In this document: one piece after another, positions 45,605-56,188 of the stretch
How positions within the stretch are numbered: position 1 is the first letter of the stretch
How the letters are laid out: each line of letters begins with the position of its first letter
Assembly: GCF_000744815.1 (NCBI RefSeq)
Contig: NZ_JQMQ01000005.1
Span: 4,729,801 to 4,793,800, forward strand
DNA: 64,000 bases
Reading direction: 5' to 3'
From: Phaeacidiphilus oryzae TH49
GTDB lineage: Bacteria > Actinomycetota > Actinomycetes > Streptomycetales > Streptomycetaceae
Notes under the pieces: model-generated
Told to the model about the DNA's origin: nothing
The model's database searches: none
Seen by the model: the letters and a program-made list of their open reading frames with translations, nothing else
Made by a program: the position numbers and the translations under genes

Positions 45605-46741
45605 TCAGGAGGCCGCAAGACCCAGCCGGTACGCCGAGAACCGCCGCACCTCGCGGAAGCCGAGCCGCTCGTTGACCGCCAGCATGTGCCGGTTCTCCGC
45701 GGCGCACTCCGTCCACACCTCGGAGACCTCCGGGTGGGCCCCGGTCAGCCACTGCAGCATGGCCGCCTTGAGCCACAGCCCGAGCCCGTGCCCGCGGTGC
45801 TCCGGCACCACCGCCGTGGTGTAGGTCCAGGCGTGCCGCTCGCCGCCGTCCACCGGGTCGGCGAAGAGCGGCCGGCCGGAGGTGTCCGCGCCGGGGATCG
45901 CCACCTCGCTGAACCCGGCCACCAGCTCCCCGCCGGCCCCGCCGGCCGCGTCGATCCCGCCTCCGGCCCCGCCGCCTGCCTCCTCGCCCGCGCCCGCGTC
46001 CTCGTCGGCCAGCGCGGCCACCGTGAGCAGCGCGTCCCCGCGGCCCCGCACCACCTCGGCGAAGCGGTGCAGCCGCTCGGCGTCCCAGGCGGCGGTGCCG
46101 CGGGTCACCCCGCGCATCGGCAGCTCGTCCATCGCCGACCGGGCGGCCGCGTACGCCTCGGCCAGGTCCGGCGGCACCACGCCGGGCCAGCGGGCCAGCC
46201 GGTATCCGCCGGCGCCCGTGCGGACGATCTCCCGCAGCCCGGCCGCGTCCAGCCCGTCCACGGTGAGCCGCAGCGCCACCATGTCGAGCACCGGGGTGAA
46301 GCCGAGGGCGCTCAGCAGCCGCGCACCCGGGGTCTCCGCGCCGGCCTCGGCGAGCAGCTCGGTACGCCCCTCGGCCCGGGCCGCCGCCACCGCCTCGTCG
46401 AGGAGCCGGCGTCCGACGCCCTGCCCGCGGTGCTCGGGGTGGACGCAGAGTTCGAGTTCCGCCGCGTGCCGCAGATCGGCGTCGTCCGGCAGCCGGAGCT
46501 CGGCCAGTCCGACCGGCGTCGACTCGCCTTCCACCGCCAGCCAGCGCAGTACCCGCTCGCCGTCCGGGCGGGGCGCCGTCGCGGACGACGCCGGCTCTCC
46601 GGGCCGGTCCGCCGCCCGCGCTGCGGTGAGCACCTGCTGCCAGCCCTCCACCGCCGCGCTGTCCAACTGCTCCGGCTTGTCCCAGTGGAGCAGCCGAACG
46701 GTCTCGTTGACAGCGTTCCCGGTGTTCACCTCGTGGTCCAA
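45605..46741 (-). CDS. GNAT family N-acetyltransferase with two tandem GNAT domains
   Basis: Two acetyl-CoA binding cores (VHPEHRGQGVGRRLL and VVPEHRGHGLGLWLK). TTG start at 46741, 6 nt after GGAGG. Confidence 0.8.
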   Translation of the reverse strand: MDHEVNTGNAVNETVRLLHWDKPEQLDSAAVEGWQQVLTAARAADRPGEPASSATAPRPDGERVLRWLAVEGESTPVGLAELRLPDDADLRHAAELELCVHPEHRGQGVGRRLLDEAVAAARAEGRTELLAEAGAETPGARLLSALGFTPVLDMVALRLTVDGLDAAGLREIVRTGAGGYRLARWPGVVPPDLAEAYAAARSAMDELPMRGVTRGTAAWDAERLHRFAEVVRGRGDALLTVAALADEDAGAGEEAGGGAGGGIDAAGGAGGELVAGFSEVAIPGADTSGRPLFADPVDGGERHAWTYTTAVVPEHRGHGLGLWLKAAMLQWLTGAHPEVSEVWTECAAENRHMLAVNERLGFREVRRFSAYRLGLAAS

Positions 46742-47016
46742 CGCGCGCCTCCGCGGTCAGGGCGCTCCCCCCGGCAGCGCCGTCCTGCGCACAGCTTGCG
46801 CCGACACGCTGTGTGTTCGGAAGGCGGCCCCCGCCGCGGATTCGCGTTCCCGTCCGAGTTCCGGGTCCCCGGCATGACACAGATCACAATCCGGCCGCCC
46901 GCCCCTCTCCGCCGGGGACTTTCGCCGACGGTCCCTTAGCCTTTAAGGAGACAAAAGTCCTCTATGTCCCGTTCTGCGGGTCTACCCGGATCCGTCTAGC
47001 GCCCGGAGGTAGTGGA

Positions 47017-48714
47017 GTGATCCCGCAGCCGCACCCCGCGCGGATCTCCCCGCTCGGGGAGTCCCGCTCGCCCGACCTGGCCCGCGCGCTGGCCGCCGGC
47101 GGGATCGGCGCCTTCGAGTGGGACCTGGTCCACGGCGAACTGCGCTGCGACCCGCTCTCGGCCCGCATCCTCGGCCTCACCGCGGACCACGGCGGAGCGG
47201 GCTTCGAGGGGCCCGCCGACGCCTTCTTCGACCGCGTCCACCCCGCCGACCTGCCGGTGCTCCAGGCCGAGGCCGCCGAGGCGCTGGACCGCGGCGGCTC
47301 GTACCACTCCGCGTACCGGGTCCGGCACGCCGACGGCTCGGTGCACACCGTCCACGAGCGGGGCAGCGTCGAGCTCGCGGCCGACGGGACCCCGGTCCTG
47401 GTCAGCGGGGTGATGGTGGACCGCGGCCGGGCGGCCGAGCGGGACTCCTGCGCGGCCGAGCGGACCGGCTTCGGCGGCGAGGCCCGCAACGCCTTCCTCC
47501 TCACCCTCACCCGGGCACTCTCCCGCGCGATCACCGTCCACGACCTGGCCACCGTGCTGAACGGCCTGGTCCGGCCGACCCTCGCCGCGGACGCCGTGCT
47601 GCTCCACGTGCTGGACGAGGCCGGCCAGGGCGAGGAGCACAGCAGCACCTACTACCAGGGCGAGCGCACCACCTGCGAGGGCGACCAGCGGCTGCGCGAG
47701 ACCGCTCACGAGGCCATGCACCGGGCGCTGCGCGACGAGCGCCCGCTCTTCCTCTCCGAGGTCTCCGACGGCCAGGAGGACCGCGCCTGGGCGGTCCTCC
47801 CGCTGATCGTCTCCGGCCGGCCGGTCGGCGCCTGCCTGATCGCCTTCCGCGGCCCGCGCGAGTTCAGCGGCTCGGAGCGGGCCCTGTGCACCGCGCTCAC
47901 CGGCATCATCGCCCAGTCCGCCGAGCGGGCCCGGCTGCACGACCTCGAGCACCGGCACGCGATGGACCTCCAGCGGATGATGCTGCCCCGGCAGATCGCC
48001 GCGGTCCCCGGCCTGGAGACCGCCGCCCGCTACCTCCCGGGCACCGCGGGCCTGGAGGTCGGCGGCGACTGGTACGACGTCCTCAGCCTGCCCGGCGGCC
48101 GGATCGGCCTGGTCGTCGGCGACGTCCAGGGGCACAGCGCCGAGGCCTCCGCGACCATGGGCGTGCTGCGGGTGGGGCTCCGCGCCTACGCCCGCGAGGG
48201 CCTGCCGCCGGACCAGGTGCTGTCCCGTACCAGCGGGCTGCTGGCGGACCTGGACAGCGAGCTCTTCGCCACCTGCTGCTACCTCGAACTGGACCCGGCC
48301 GGCGGCCTCCTCCGCGGCGTCCGGGCGGGCCATCCGCTGCCGGTCCGGCTGGCCCCGGACGGTTCGGTCACCGAGCTGGCGCTGCCCGGCGGCCCGCCGC
48401 TCGGCGTGGAGCCGCGGGCCGGCTACGAGGTGCGGGAGACCCGGCTGGGCTGTGGAGAATCGCTTCTGCTGTACACCGACGGCCTGGTGGAGCGCCGCGA
48501 CGAGGATCTGGACCTCTCCGTGGCCCGGCTGCTGGACCGGATCCGCGGCTGGTCCGGCCCGTGGATACCCGGCGGGCGGGCCCCCGGGGCGGCCGACGCG
48601 CCGGGATTGGAGGAACTGGCCGACCGGCTGATCGCACCACATCGTGACGCTGTGCGCCGTTATCCGGACGACATCGCGTTGCTCCTGGTCAGGCGACTTC
48701 AGCGGGCAGCGTAG
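47017..48714 (+). CDS. PAS/GAF-containing PP2C-family (SpoIIE/RsbU-like) serine/threonine phosphatase
   Basis: PAS-like N-terminus (FEWDLVHGELRCDPLSARILGL), GAF-like middle region, C-terminal PP2C (VGGDWYDVLSLPGGRIGLVVGDVQGHS...LLLYTDGLVE). GGAGG precedes the GTG at 47017. Confidence 0.8.
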   Translation: MIPQPHPARISPLGESRSPDLARALAAGGIGAFEWDLVHGELRCDPLSARILGLTADHGGAGFEGPADAFFDRVHPADLPVLQAEAAEALDRGGSYHSAYRVRHADGSVHTVHERGSVELAADGTPVLVSGVMVDRGRAAERDSCAAERTGFGGEARNAFLLTLTRALSRAITVHDLATVLNGLVRPTLAADAVLLHVLDEAGQGEEHSSTYYQGERTTCEGDQRLRETAHEAMHRALRDERPLFLSEVSDGQEDRAWAVLPLIVSGRPVGACLIAFRGPREFSGSERALCTALTGIIAQSAERARLHDLEHRHAMDLQRMMLPRQIAAVPGLETAARYLPGTAGLEVGGDWYDVLSLPGGRIGLVVGDVQGHSAEASATMGVLRVGLRAYAREGLPPDQVLSRTSGLLADLDSELFATCCYLELDPAGGLLRGVRAGHPLPVRLAPDGSVTELALPGGPPLGVEPRAGYEVRETRLGCGESLLLYTDGLVERRDEDLDLSVARLLDRIRGWSGPWIPGGRAPGAADAPGLEELADRLIAPHRDAVRRYPDDIALLLVRRLQRAA

Positions 48715-48870
48715 ATCCCTCCGGGGGGTGTCCGGCTGTCCATGGTGACCAGGGATTCGACCGCCGTCTTGTATGAAGTCGACGCATCGTGGGGGGTTCC
48801 GGAAACGTAAGGTCGATGCCAGAGCTGGTTCGCTGCCCGCGCAACCGGACAGACTGGGAGTTCTTTCGAC

Positions 48871-50475
48871 ATGACCGTTCTGCAGGATTCGGATGCCGCC
48901 GCGGCCGGTGCCGCCGACCCCTCGGGGGACACCCGCAGCCGGGTGGCGGAGCTGCACGACATCCGCGAGCAGGTTGTGGCGGGTCCGAGTGAGAGGGCGA
49001 CCGAGGCGCAGCATGCCAAGGGCAAGCTGACGGCGCGGGAGCGGATCGCGTTGTTGCTGGACGAGGGGTCCTTCAACGAGGTGGAGCCGTTGCGGCGGCA
49101 TCGCGCCTCGGGGTTCGGGCTGGAGAACAAGAAGCCCTACACCGACGGGGTGATCACCGGCTGGGGGACCGTGCACGGGCGGACGGTGTTCGTCTACGCC
49201 CATGACTTCCGGATCTTCGGCGGGGCGCTGGGCGAGGCCCACGCCACCAAGATCCACAAGATCATGGACATGGCCATCGCCGCGGGCGCGCCGCTGATCT
49301 CCCTCAACGACGGGGCCGGCGCCCGGATCCAGGAGGGCGTGACCGCGCTGGCCGGCTACGGCGGGATCTTCCAGCGCAACACCAGGGCCTCCGGGGTCAT
49401 CCCGCAGATCTCGGTGATGCTGGGCCCGTGCGCGGGCGGCGCGGCCTACTCCCCGGCGCTCACCGACTTCGTCTTCATGGTCCGCGAGACCAGCCAGATG
49501 TTCATCACCGGCCCGGACGTGGTCCAGGCCGTCACCGGCGAGCAGGTCTCCCAGAACGGCCTGGGCGGCGCGGACGTGCATGCCGAGGTCTCTGGGGTGT
49601 GCCACTTCGCCTACGACGATGAGGAGTCCTGCCTGGAGGAGGTGCGCTACCTCCTGTCGCTGCTGCCGGCCAACAACCGGGAGATGCCGCCCGCGCAGGT
49701 CACCGAGGACCCCGCGAGCCGGCGCTGCGAGGACCTGCTGGACCTGGTGCCCGCGGACGGCAACCGGCCGTATGACATGCGCGCGGTGATCGAGTCCCTG
49801 GTGGACGAGGGCGAGTACCTGGAGATCCACGAGCGCTGGGCGACCAACGTGATCGTGGCCCTGGCCCGGATGGACGGCCAGGTGGTGGGGATCGTGGCCA
49901 ACCAGCCGCAGGCCCTGGCCGGGGTGCTGGACATCAACGCCAGCGAGAAGGCCGCCCGCTTCGTGCAGATGTGCGACGCCTTCAACATCCCCATCCTCAC
50001 CCTGCTGGACGTGCCCGGCTTCCTGCCCGGGGTGGACCAGGAGCACGGCGGCATCATCCGGCACGGCGCCAAGCTGCTGTACGCCTACTGCAACGCCACC
50101 GTGCCGCGGATCTCGCTGATCCTGCGCAAGGCCTACGGCGGCGCCTACATCGTGATGGACTCCCGCTCGGTGGGCGCGGACCTGTCCTACGCCTGGCCCA
50201 CCAACGAGATCGCGGTGATGGGCGCCGAGGGCGCGGCCAACGTCATCTTCCGCCGCCAGATCGCCGCCGCCGACGACCCCGAGGCCATGCGCCAGCGCAT
50301 GGTCAAGGAGTACAAGGCCGAGCTCATGCACCCCTACTACGCGGCCGAACGCGGACTGGTCGACGACGTGATCGACCCCGCCGAGACCCGCGAGGTCCTC
50401 ATCCGCTCCCTGCACATGCTGCGCACCAAGCACGCCGACCTGCCCCAGCGCAAGCACGGCAACCCGCCGCAGTAA
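48871..50475 (+). CDS. pccB: Acyl-CoA carboxylase carboxyltransferase beta subunit (propionyl-CoA carboxylase beta chain, PccB/AccD5-like)
   Basis: 534 aa with the CoA carboxyltransferase N and C domains (GKLTARERIALLLDEGSFNE...MLGPCAGGAAYSPALTDFVFM...YAWPTNEIAVMGAEGAANVIF). Confidence 0.9.
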   Translation: MTVLQDSDAAAAGAADPSGDTRSRVAELHDIREQVVAGPSERATEAQHAKGKLTARERIALLLDEGSFNEVEPLRRHRASGFGLENKKPYTDGVITGWGTVHGRTVFVYAHDFRIFGGALGEAHATKIHKIMDMAIAAGAPLISLNDGAGARIQEGVTALAGYGGIFQRNTRASGVIPQISVMLGPCAGGAAYSPALTDFVFMVRETSQMFITGPDVVQAVTGEQVSQNGLGGADVHAEVSGVCHFAYDDEESCLEEVRYLLSLLPANNREMPPAQVTEDPASRRCEDLLDLVPADGNRPYDMRAVIESLVDEGEYLEIHERWATNVIVALARMDGQVVGIVANQPQALAGVLDINASEKAARFVQMCDAFNIPILTLLDVPGFLPGVDQEHGGIIRHGAKLLYAYCNATVPRISLILRKAYGGAYIVMDSRSVGADLSYAWPTNEIAVMGAEGAANVIFRRQIAAADDPEAMRQRMVKEYKAELMHPYYAAERGLVDDVIDPAETREVLIRSLHMLRTKHADLPQRKHGNPPQ

Positions 50476-50510
50476 CGCAGAGACCCCCCTCTTCAAGGAG
50501 ACGTGACCCG

Positions 50511-50735
50511 GTGACCACCGTCATCGAACCCCGCACCACCGAGCAGCCCCTGGTCCGTGTCGAGCGCGGCACCCTCGCCGACGACGAGCTCGCCGCGCTG
50601 ACCGCCGTCCTCCTCACCCGCGCGACCGCCGGTGCGGACGCGCCGGAGGACCGGCCCACCACCCCGGTCGTCCCGCTGTGGGACCGCCCGGAGCGCCACG
50701 CCCCTTACCGCTCCCCGGTCAGCTGGCAGCGCTGA
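50511..50735 (+). CDS. Acyl-CoA carboxylase epsilon subunit
   Basis: 74-aa ORF 35 nt after pccB. VIEPRTTEQPLVRVERGTLADDELAALTAVLLTRA matches the small epsilon subunits that follow actinobacterial pccB/accD5. Confidence 0.7.
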   Translation: MTTVIEPRTTEQPLVRVERGTLADDELAALTAVLLTRATAGADAPEDRPTTPVVPLWDRPERHAPYRSPVSWQR

Positions 50736-50754
50736 CGCCGGCTCCCTGGCCGGT

Positions 50755-51210
50755 TCAGCCCGCTGCCAGCGGCTGGGCCGCTTCGACCACGCGGACCAGG
50801 GGCGCCAGCTCCGGCAGCTGCTCGGCATCGGCGAGAGCCTCCCGCAGCGCCCCGTCGTGGGTCGGCCGCGCGGCCGCGAGGAGTTCCCGGCCGGCCGGGC
50901 TGACCTCGGTGTAGATCCCGCGCCGGTCGTCCGCGCAGAGGTAGCGGGTGAGCAGGCCCTGCTGCTCCAGGCGGGTCACCAGCCGGGTCGTCGCGCTCTG
51001 GCTCAGCACGACCGCGTTGGCCAGCTGCTGCATCCGCATGTGCCAGTCCTGCTGGCGGCTCAGCACGTCGAGCACGGCGTACTCGGTGACGCTCAGGTCG
51101 TGCTCGGCCTGCAGGGCCTTCTCGATCCGGTTCTCGATCCGGGAGTGCAGCGCGGCCAGCGCGCGCCAGCCCTGCGCGCGGGCCTCGGCGGCGTCGTCCG
51201 GCAGCGACAT
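50755..51210 (-). CDS. MarR family transcriptional regulator
   Basis: Winged-helix LSVTEYAVLDVLSRQQDWHMRMQQLANAVVLSQSATTRLVTRLEQQGLLTR. Start taken at the internal Met (MSLPDD) at 51210 of a longer ORF. Confidence 0.8.
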   Translation of the reverse strand: MSLPDDAAEARAQGWRALAALHSRIENRIEKALQAEHDLSVTEYAVLDVLSRQQDWHMRMQQLANAVVLSQSATTRLVTRLEQQGLLTRYLCADDRRGIYTEVSPAGRELLAAARPTHDGALREALADAEQLPELAPLVRVVEAAQPLAAG

Positions 51211-51313
51211 GGTGGCCTCCTCGCCGATGGTGCCGCCCAGTATAGGGCTGCGCTCGGTGAATACAGGCGGCTGCAAGGATCCAGGGCCCCGCGCCGCGCG
51301 ATCGGCGCGCGGG

Positions 51314-51898
51314 TCAGTGCGCGGTGCGCACCTCCAGGTGCACCAGACCGGTCACGGCGAACTCGATCATCAGCTTCTCGCTGGAGCCCGCGCCCACCGG
51401 CTCCGGCAGCCGCACCACCGGCTGGCCGCTGCCGCCGACCGAGGTGCTGGAACCTGGCGCGAGCAGCACGCCGGCGGTCGACACGATGCCGGCCTTGGCG
51501 CCGCCCTGGCTGATCGTCGCGTTCCTGCCGTCCGGCGCGGTGACCGCGGCCAGGTGCTCGGGGATGCCGCTGGTGTTCCTGATCGTCGCGGAGAGCAGCG
51601 AGGTGCCGCCCGGCCCCGGCTTGAGCTCGGCGCCGGAGATCTGGAGATCCATCGCCGAGGTCTGGATGTCCATGCTGCCGAGGGAGCTCCGGACGGTGGC
51701 CTGGCCGCTGGGGAAGGCCTGTCCCGAGCCCTGCTTCTGCGAGCCGGATGACCCGGTCGAGTCGCCCGAGGAGGACGACGTGCCGGAGCAGCCCGCCGCG
51801 AACGCGGTCAGGGCTGCTGCCAGCACGGAGGAACAGGCGATCCGGGAGATACGGGTCCGATTCACCCTCGCATTATGCCGAGGGCTCCGGCTTCTCAT
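51314..51898 (-). CDS. Putative secreted lipoprotein of unknown function, Ser/Gly-rich
   Basis: Positively charged n-region, hydrophobic core and lipobox-like AFAAGC, followed by an SGTSSSSGDSTGSSGS linker. The start is uncertain (ATG 51898 overlaps the aqpZ 3' end; GTG 51865 is an alternative). Confidence 0.5.
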   Translation of the reverse strand: MRSRSPRHNARVNRTRISRIACSSVLAAALTAFAAGCSGTSSSSGDSTGSSGSQKQGSGQAFPSGQATVRSSLGSMDIQTSAMDLQISGAELKPGPGGTSLLSATIRNTSGIPEHLAAVTAPDGRNATISQGGAKAGIVSTAGVLLAPGSSTSVGGSGQPVVRLPEPVGAGSSEKLMIEFAVTGLVHLEVRTAH

Positions 51899-52595
51899 CC
51901 GGCAGGGGGGCCGTCCGCGGGTGGGTCACCTCCGCGACCAGGGCCGCGATCACCCCGCCGATCAGCGGCGCCACGATGAACAGCCACAGCTGGGAGAGCG
52001 CCCCGCCGCCGGCGAAGATCGCCGGGCCGAGCGAGCGGGCCGGGTTCACCGAGGTGCCGGTCAGCGGGATGCCGACCAGGTGGATCACGGTCAGCGAGAC
52101 GCCGATGGCGAGGCCGGCGAACTTGTACAGCGAGACCCGGTGGGTCACCGACAGCACCACCCACACCAGCAGGAAGGTGAGGACGACCTCGGCGAGGAAG
52201 GCGCCGCCCTGGCTGAGGTGGACCGAGGAGCGGTCCCCGTAGCCGTTGCTGCCGAAGGCGTCATGGGTGGTCAGCCCCGGGACCTGGTGGGCCAGCAGGT
52301 AGAGCAGCGCCGCTCCGGCGATGCCGCCGACGAACTGCGCGACCCAGTAGCAGGCGGCGGTGATCAGGTCGATCCGGCGGGCCACCAGGGCCCCCATCGT
52401 CACCGCGGGGTTGACGTGGCAGCCGGAGACCGGACCGATCGCGTACACCAGGGCCATCAGCACGAAGCCGAAAGCCAGGGCGATGCCGAAGGTTCCGATG
52501 AACTGAGCGGAGATGACGGCGGATCCCACGGCGAAGAAGACCAGGAGTGCCGTTCCCAGGAATTCGCAGAAGATCGCTCGGATCTTGTCGTTCAT
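51873..52595 (-). CDS. aqpZ: Aquaporin Z (MIP family water channel)
   Basis: Two NPA boxes (GCHVNPAVT and GTSVNPARS) and six transmembrane segments. Start at the internal Met (MNDKIRAIFCEF) at 52595. Confidence 0.85.
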   Translation of the reverse strand: MNDKIRAIFCEFLGTALLVFFAVGSAVISAQFIGTFGIALAFGFVLMALVYAIGPVSGCHVNPAVTMGALVARRIDLITAACYWVAQFVGGIAGAALLYLLAHQVPGLTTHDAFGSNGYGDRSSVHLSQGGAFLAEVVLTFLLVWVVLSVTHRVSLYKFAGLAIGVSLTVIHLVGIPLTGTSVNPARSLGPAIFAGGGALSQLWLFIVAPLIGGVIAALVAEVTHPRTAPLPDEKPEPSA

Positions 52596-52692
52596 GCCAG
52601 GCCCTTCTCGCGACGGCGTCCCCCTCCCCACCACGCTGGTGAGGGGGTGGAGGGCGCTGCGAGCCGGAGTGGGCCGGACGGGTGAGTCCGGG

Positions 52693-53082
52693 TCAGCCGT
52701 TCAGGGCGAACCTGGGGTCGCGGGCGCCGCCGGCCGCCCGCGCGTAGCCGACGAAGCGTACGGGGGTGCCGACGGGGGCCGCGCCCGGCAGCAGTCCGTC
52801 CAGCCAGGAGCGGATCCGGAAGCCCTCGACCAGTTCGACGACCACCGGCAGGGAGGGCTCGGCGCCGCGCGCCGAGGTCGCCTTGAGGGCCCTGTGCACC
52901 CGGCCGACGCCCGAGCTGCGCTCGACGGTCAGCCGGTCGGAGCCGCAGGCCGGGCAGAGCTCGGCGATGGCCTGCACCGGGGTGGTGCAGAAGGTGCAGC
53001 GGTGGAACCGCAGGCTCTCGGCGGCGGCGAGCGGGTTCCCGTGCACCGGGCTTCCCCCGTGCACCGGGCTTCCCCCGTTCAC
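52693..53082 (-). CDS. Zn-ribbon/OB-fold protein (DUF35 family, ChsH2 C-terminal-like)
   Basis: RFHRCTFCTTPVQAIAELCPACGS (rubredoxin-like zinc ribbon) followed by an OB-fold region. Start overlaps the acyl-CoA synthetase stop (ATGA). The N-terminus carries a duplicated GGSPVHG encoded by a 21-bp direct repeat. Confidence 0.7.
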   Translation of the reverse strand: MNGGSPVHGGSPVHGNPLAAAESLRFHRCTFCTTPVQAIAELCPACGSDRLTVERSSGVGRVHRALKATSARGAEPSLPVVVELVEGFRIRSWLDGLLPGAAPVGTPVRFVGYARAAGGARDPRFALNG

Positions 53083-54780
53083 CGGGCCTCACCCCGGCTC
53101 CGGGAGAGCTCCTCGCGGAGCTCGCGCTTGAGGACCTTGCCGGTGGCGTTCCGGGGCAGCGGGCGGCCTCGCGGCACGACCAGCGCGGGCACCTTGAAGC
53201 CGGCCAGCCGGGCGGCGACGAAGGCGCGCACCTCCTCCGGGTCCAGCGGGCGGCCGTCCTTCGCCACCACCAGGGCGGCGACCTCCTCGCCGAGCTGCGG
53301 GTGCGGGATCCCGACCACGGCCGCGTCGGCCACGTCCGGATGGGCGAAGAGGACCGACTCGACCTCCACGCAGTAGACGTTCTCGCCGCCGCGGATCACC
53401 ACGTCCTTGATCCGGTCGACGATGCACAGCTCGCCGTCCCGGACGCAGGCGAGGTCGCCGGTGCGGAACCATCCCCGGTCGAAGGCCGCCTCGGTGGCCT
53501 CCGGGTTGTTCCAGTAGCCGCCGAACACGGACTGGCCGGTGATCTGAAGCTCGCCGATCTCGCCGTCGGGGCATTCGGCGCCGTCCGCGCCGACGATCCG
53601 GATCCGGGTGGCCGGGCTGGGGGCGCCGACCGCGTCCGGGTGCTTGCGGTAGCGGTCTCCGGCGATGGAGATCACGCCGCCGACGGTCTCGGTGAGCCCG
53701 TAGCCGTTGCGCGGCTCGACGCGGTCGCCGAAGCGCTCCTCGATCAGCCGGACCAGCTCCGGCGGGGCCGCCGCCCCGCCGGTGTTCACCACGCTGAGGG
53801 TGGCCAGCCGGGGGTCGTCGGCGGAGCCGTGGAGCAGTTGGAGGGCGGTGGTGGGGACGCCGGCGAAGGCGGTGACGCCGTTGGCGGCGATGGCGTCCCT
53901 GGCCGCCTCGACGTCCCACTTGTGCAGCAGGACGACGGTGGAGCCGGCGGTCATCGCGGTGAGCACCCCGGTGAAGGCGGCCACGTGGAAGAACGGGAAG
54001 GTCACCATGGCGGTGATGGCGGGCGGGTCGGCGAGGATGTCGACGCCCGCCTCGACGGCGGCGCGAACCCCCGCCCAGCGGCCGTTGAGGGCGGCGCCCA
54101 CGATGTTGCGATGGGTCAGCACCACGCCCTTGGGCTCCCCGGTGGTGCCGGAGGTGTAGATGATCGCGGCCAGGTCGTCCGCCGACAGCCCGACCTCGGG
54201 CGGGGTGCCGGGGCCGCCCGGGAGGTCCTCGAAGCGCTCCCGGCGTCCGTCGGCCTTCTCGCCGGCCGGCTCGGCCTCGTCGGCGACGGTGAGCAGCCAC
54301 GGGCGCTCGGCGGCGTCCTGCCGCTCCCGCCAGGGCGCGAGCCGGGGCACCCGCTCGCCGTCCGCCACCAGCAGCCGCGGGGAGCAGTGGTCCAGCGCCC
54401 GGGCCAGCTCCTCCGCCGACCACCAGGCGTTCAGCGGTACGGCGACGGTGCCGGCCAGCTGGCAGGCCCAGAAGGCGACCTGCCACTCGGGGTGGTTGCG
54501 CATCGCGATCGCCACCCGGTCGCCCTTGCGCAGCCCGTACCCCTCGACCATCCGCCGGGCCAGGTCGGCCGCGGCGGCGTAGTGGCCGGCGTAGCCGTAG
54601 CCGCCGCGCGGGCCGACCAGGAACGGCTTGTCGCCGTGCGCCCGGGTGGCCGCCAGCAGCTGCCCGAGGTGCTCGGGCACCCCCGGCCCGGGCCCGTACA
54701 CCGGGACGCGGCGGCCGCCGACCGCGGTCTCGGTGGTGTGGAACGGTGAGCCGGGGGCGGTCAGAGCGGCGAGCGACATT
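53079..54780 (-). CDS. AMP-dependent acyl-CoA synthetase/ligase (fatty-acid-CoA ligase family)
   Basis: AMP-binding motifs YTSGTTGEPKGV, GYGLTET, WFRTGDL and PRNATGKVLKRELR. ATG at 54780 with a GAGAGG RBS. The upstream part of the 995-aa ORF is a spurious extension. Confidence 0.85.
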
Positions 54781-54847
54781 GCGAACCTCTCGGGGGGCGG
54801 TGCTGTGCTGTGCTGGCGGTACGGGCGGCCTGAGGAGGCGAACTCCC

Positions 54848-56005
54848 TTACAGGCCCATGGACTTGGCGATCACGCTCTTCATGATCTCGCTGGTGCCGC
54901 CGTAGATCCGGTACACCCGGTTGTCCGTGTAGAGGCGGGCGATCGGGTACTCCAGCATGTAGCCGTAGCCGCCGTGGAGCTGGAGGCAGCGGTCCACCAC
55001 CCGGGAGCAGACCTCGGTGGTGAAGAGCTTGGCCTTGGCCACGTCGGAGGCGGTGAGCTCGCCCTTCTCGAAGGACTCCAGGCACTCGTCGACCAGCGCC
55101 TGGGCGGCCACCGCCTCGGCCTCGCAGGCGGCCAGCTCGAACTTGGTGTTCTGGAAGGTCGAGACCGCCTTGCCGAAGACCTTGCGGTTCTGGGTGTACT
55201 CGACGGCCAGGTCGATCGCGGCCCTGGTGACGGCGACCGCGTTGACGGCGATGCCGAGGCGCTCCTGGACCAGGTTCTGGCCGAGGTAGTAGAAGGCCTT
55301 GCCCTCCTCGCCGAGGAGGTCCTCGACGGGGACCTTGACGTCGGTGAAGGACAGCTCGGCGGTGTCCGAGACGCGCAGGCCGATCTTCTCCAGCTTGCGG
55401 CCGACCGCGTAGCCCTCGGAGGTGGTGTCCACGGCCAGGATGGAGAGGCCGGCCCGGCGGTCCTCCGGGTCGTACGGGGAGGTGCGGGCGATCACCAGCA
55501 CCCGGTCCGCCTGCACGCCGCCGGTGATGAAGGTCTTGGCGCCGTTCAGCACGTAGTGGGTGCCGTCCGCGGAGAGCTTCGCCGTGGTCGACATGCCGGC
55601 CAGGTCGGAGCCGGTGCCGGGCTCGGTCATGGCGATGGCGGTCATCATCTCGCCGGAGACGAAGGGCGGCAGCCAGCGCTGCTTCTGCTCCTCCGTGGCG
55701 TAGGCCATCAGATACGGCAGGACCAGGCCGACGTGGACGCTGGAGCCGCCGAGGGAGACGTTCGCGCGGGCGCACTCCTCGGTCAGCACCACGTGGTAGC
55801 GGTAGTCCTGGATGCCCGCGCCGCCGTACTCCTCGGGCACCTCGATGCCCCAGACGCCGAGCTCGCCGAGCTTCCGGTAGATCTCCTTCGGCACGTAGCC
55901 CTGCTGCTCCCACTCGGGGAAGACCGGCACGACCTCTTTCGCGAGGAAGTCGCGGACGGTCTGGCGGTAGGCCTCGTGATCCTCGTTGAAGACGGTGCGC
56001 CGCAT
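54848..56005 (-). CDS. Acyl-CoA dehydrogenase
   Basis: 385-aa ACAD, N/M/C domains, with catalytic region YPIARLYTDNRVYRIYGGTSEIMKSVIAK and GSDLAGM. Confidence 0.9.
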   Translation of the reverse strand: MRRTVFNEDHEAYRQTVRDFLAKEVVPVFPEWEQQGYVPKEIYRKLGELGVWGIEVPEEYGGAGIQDYRYHVVLTEECARANVSLGGSSVHVGLVLPYLMAYATEEQKQRWLPPFVSGEMMTAIAMTEPGTGSDLAGMSTTAKLSADGTHYVLNGAKTFITGGVQADRVLVIARTSPYDPEDRRAGLSILAVDTTSEGYAVGRKLEKIGLRVSDTAELSFTDVKVPVEDLLGEEGKAFYYLGQNLVQERLGIAVNAVAVTRAAIDLAVEYTQNRKVFGKAVSTFQNTKFELAACEAEAVAAQALVDECLESFEKGELTASDVAKAKLFTTEVCSRVVDRCLQLHGGYGYMLEYPIARLYTDNRVYRIYGGTSEIMKSVIAKSMGL

Positions 56006-56188
56006 GGCCTGGTCCCTTCGATAGCGCGGGCGTACTGCTCGGTATGTCGGCGGGCAGCACGGCCAAGTTAATCCGCGCTAGCCACGATGTCCATAGGTTG
56101 CCGGATACAACCTGCCATGCCGGGCTGGACGGCGACCGGTCGGTGCGGGCAGAGTGAAGGCGGGTTAGCCGAAGAAGGCGAGGACGAG

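Noticed and set aside
53079-56066. 995-aa single ORF appearing to fuse acyl-CoA synthetase with upstream sequence
   Set aside because: Upstream of Met 54780 the translation is Arg/Gly/Pro-rich junk, and the true ACAD gene occupies that region in another frame (54848-56005). The synthetase starts at ATG 54780 with an RBS.
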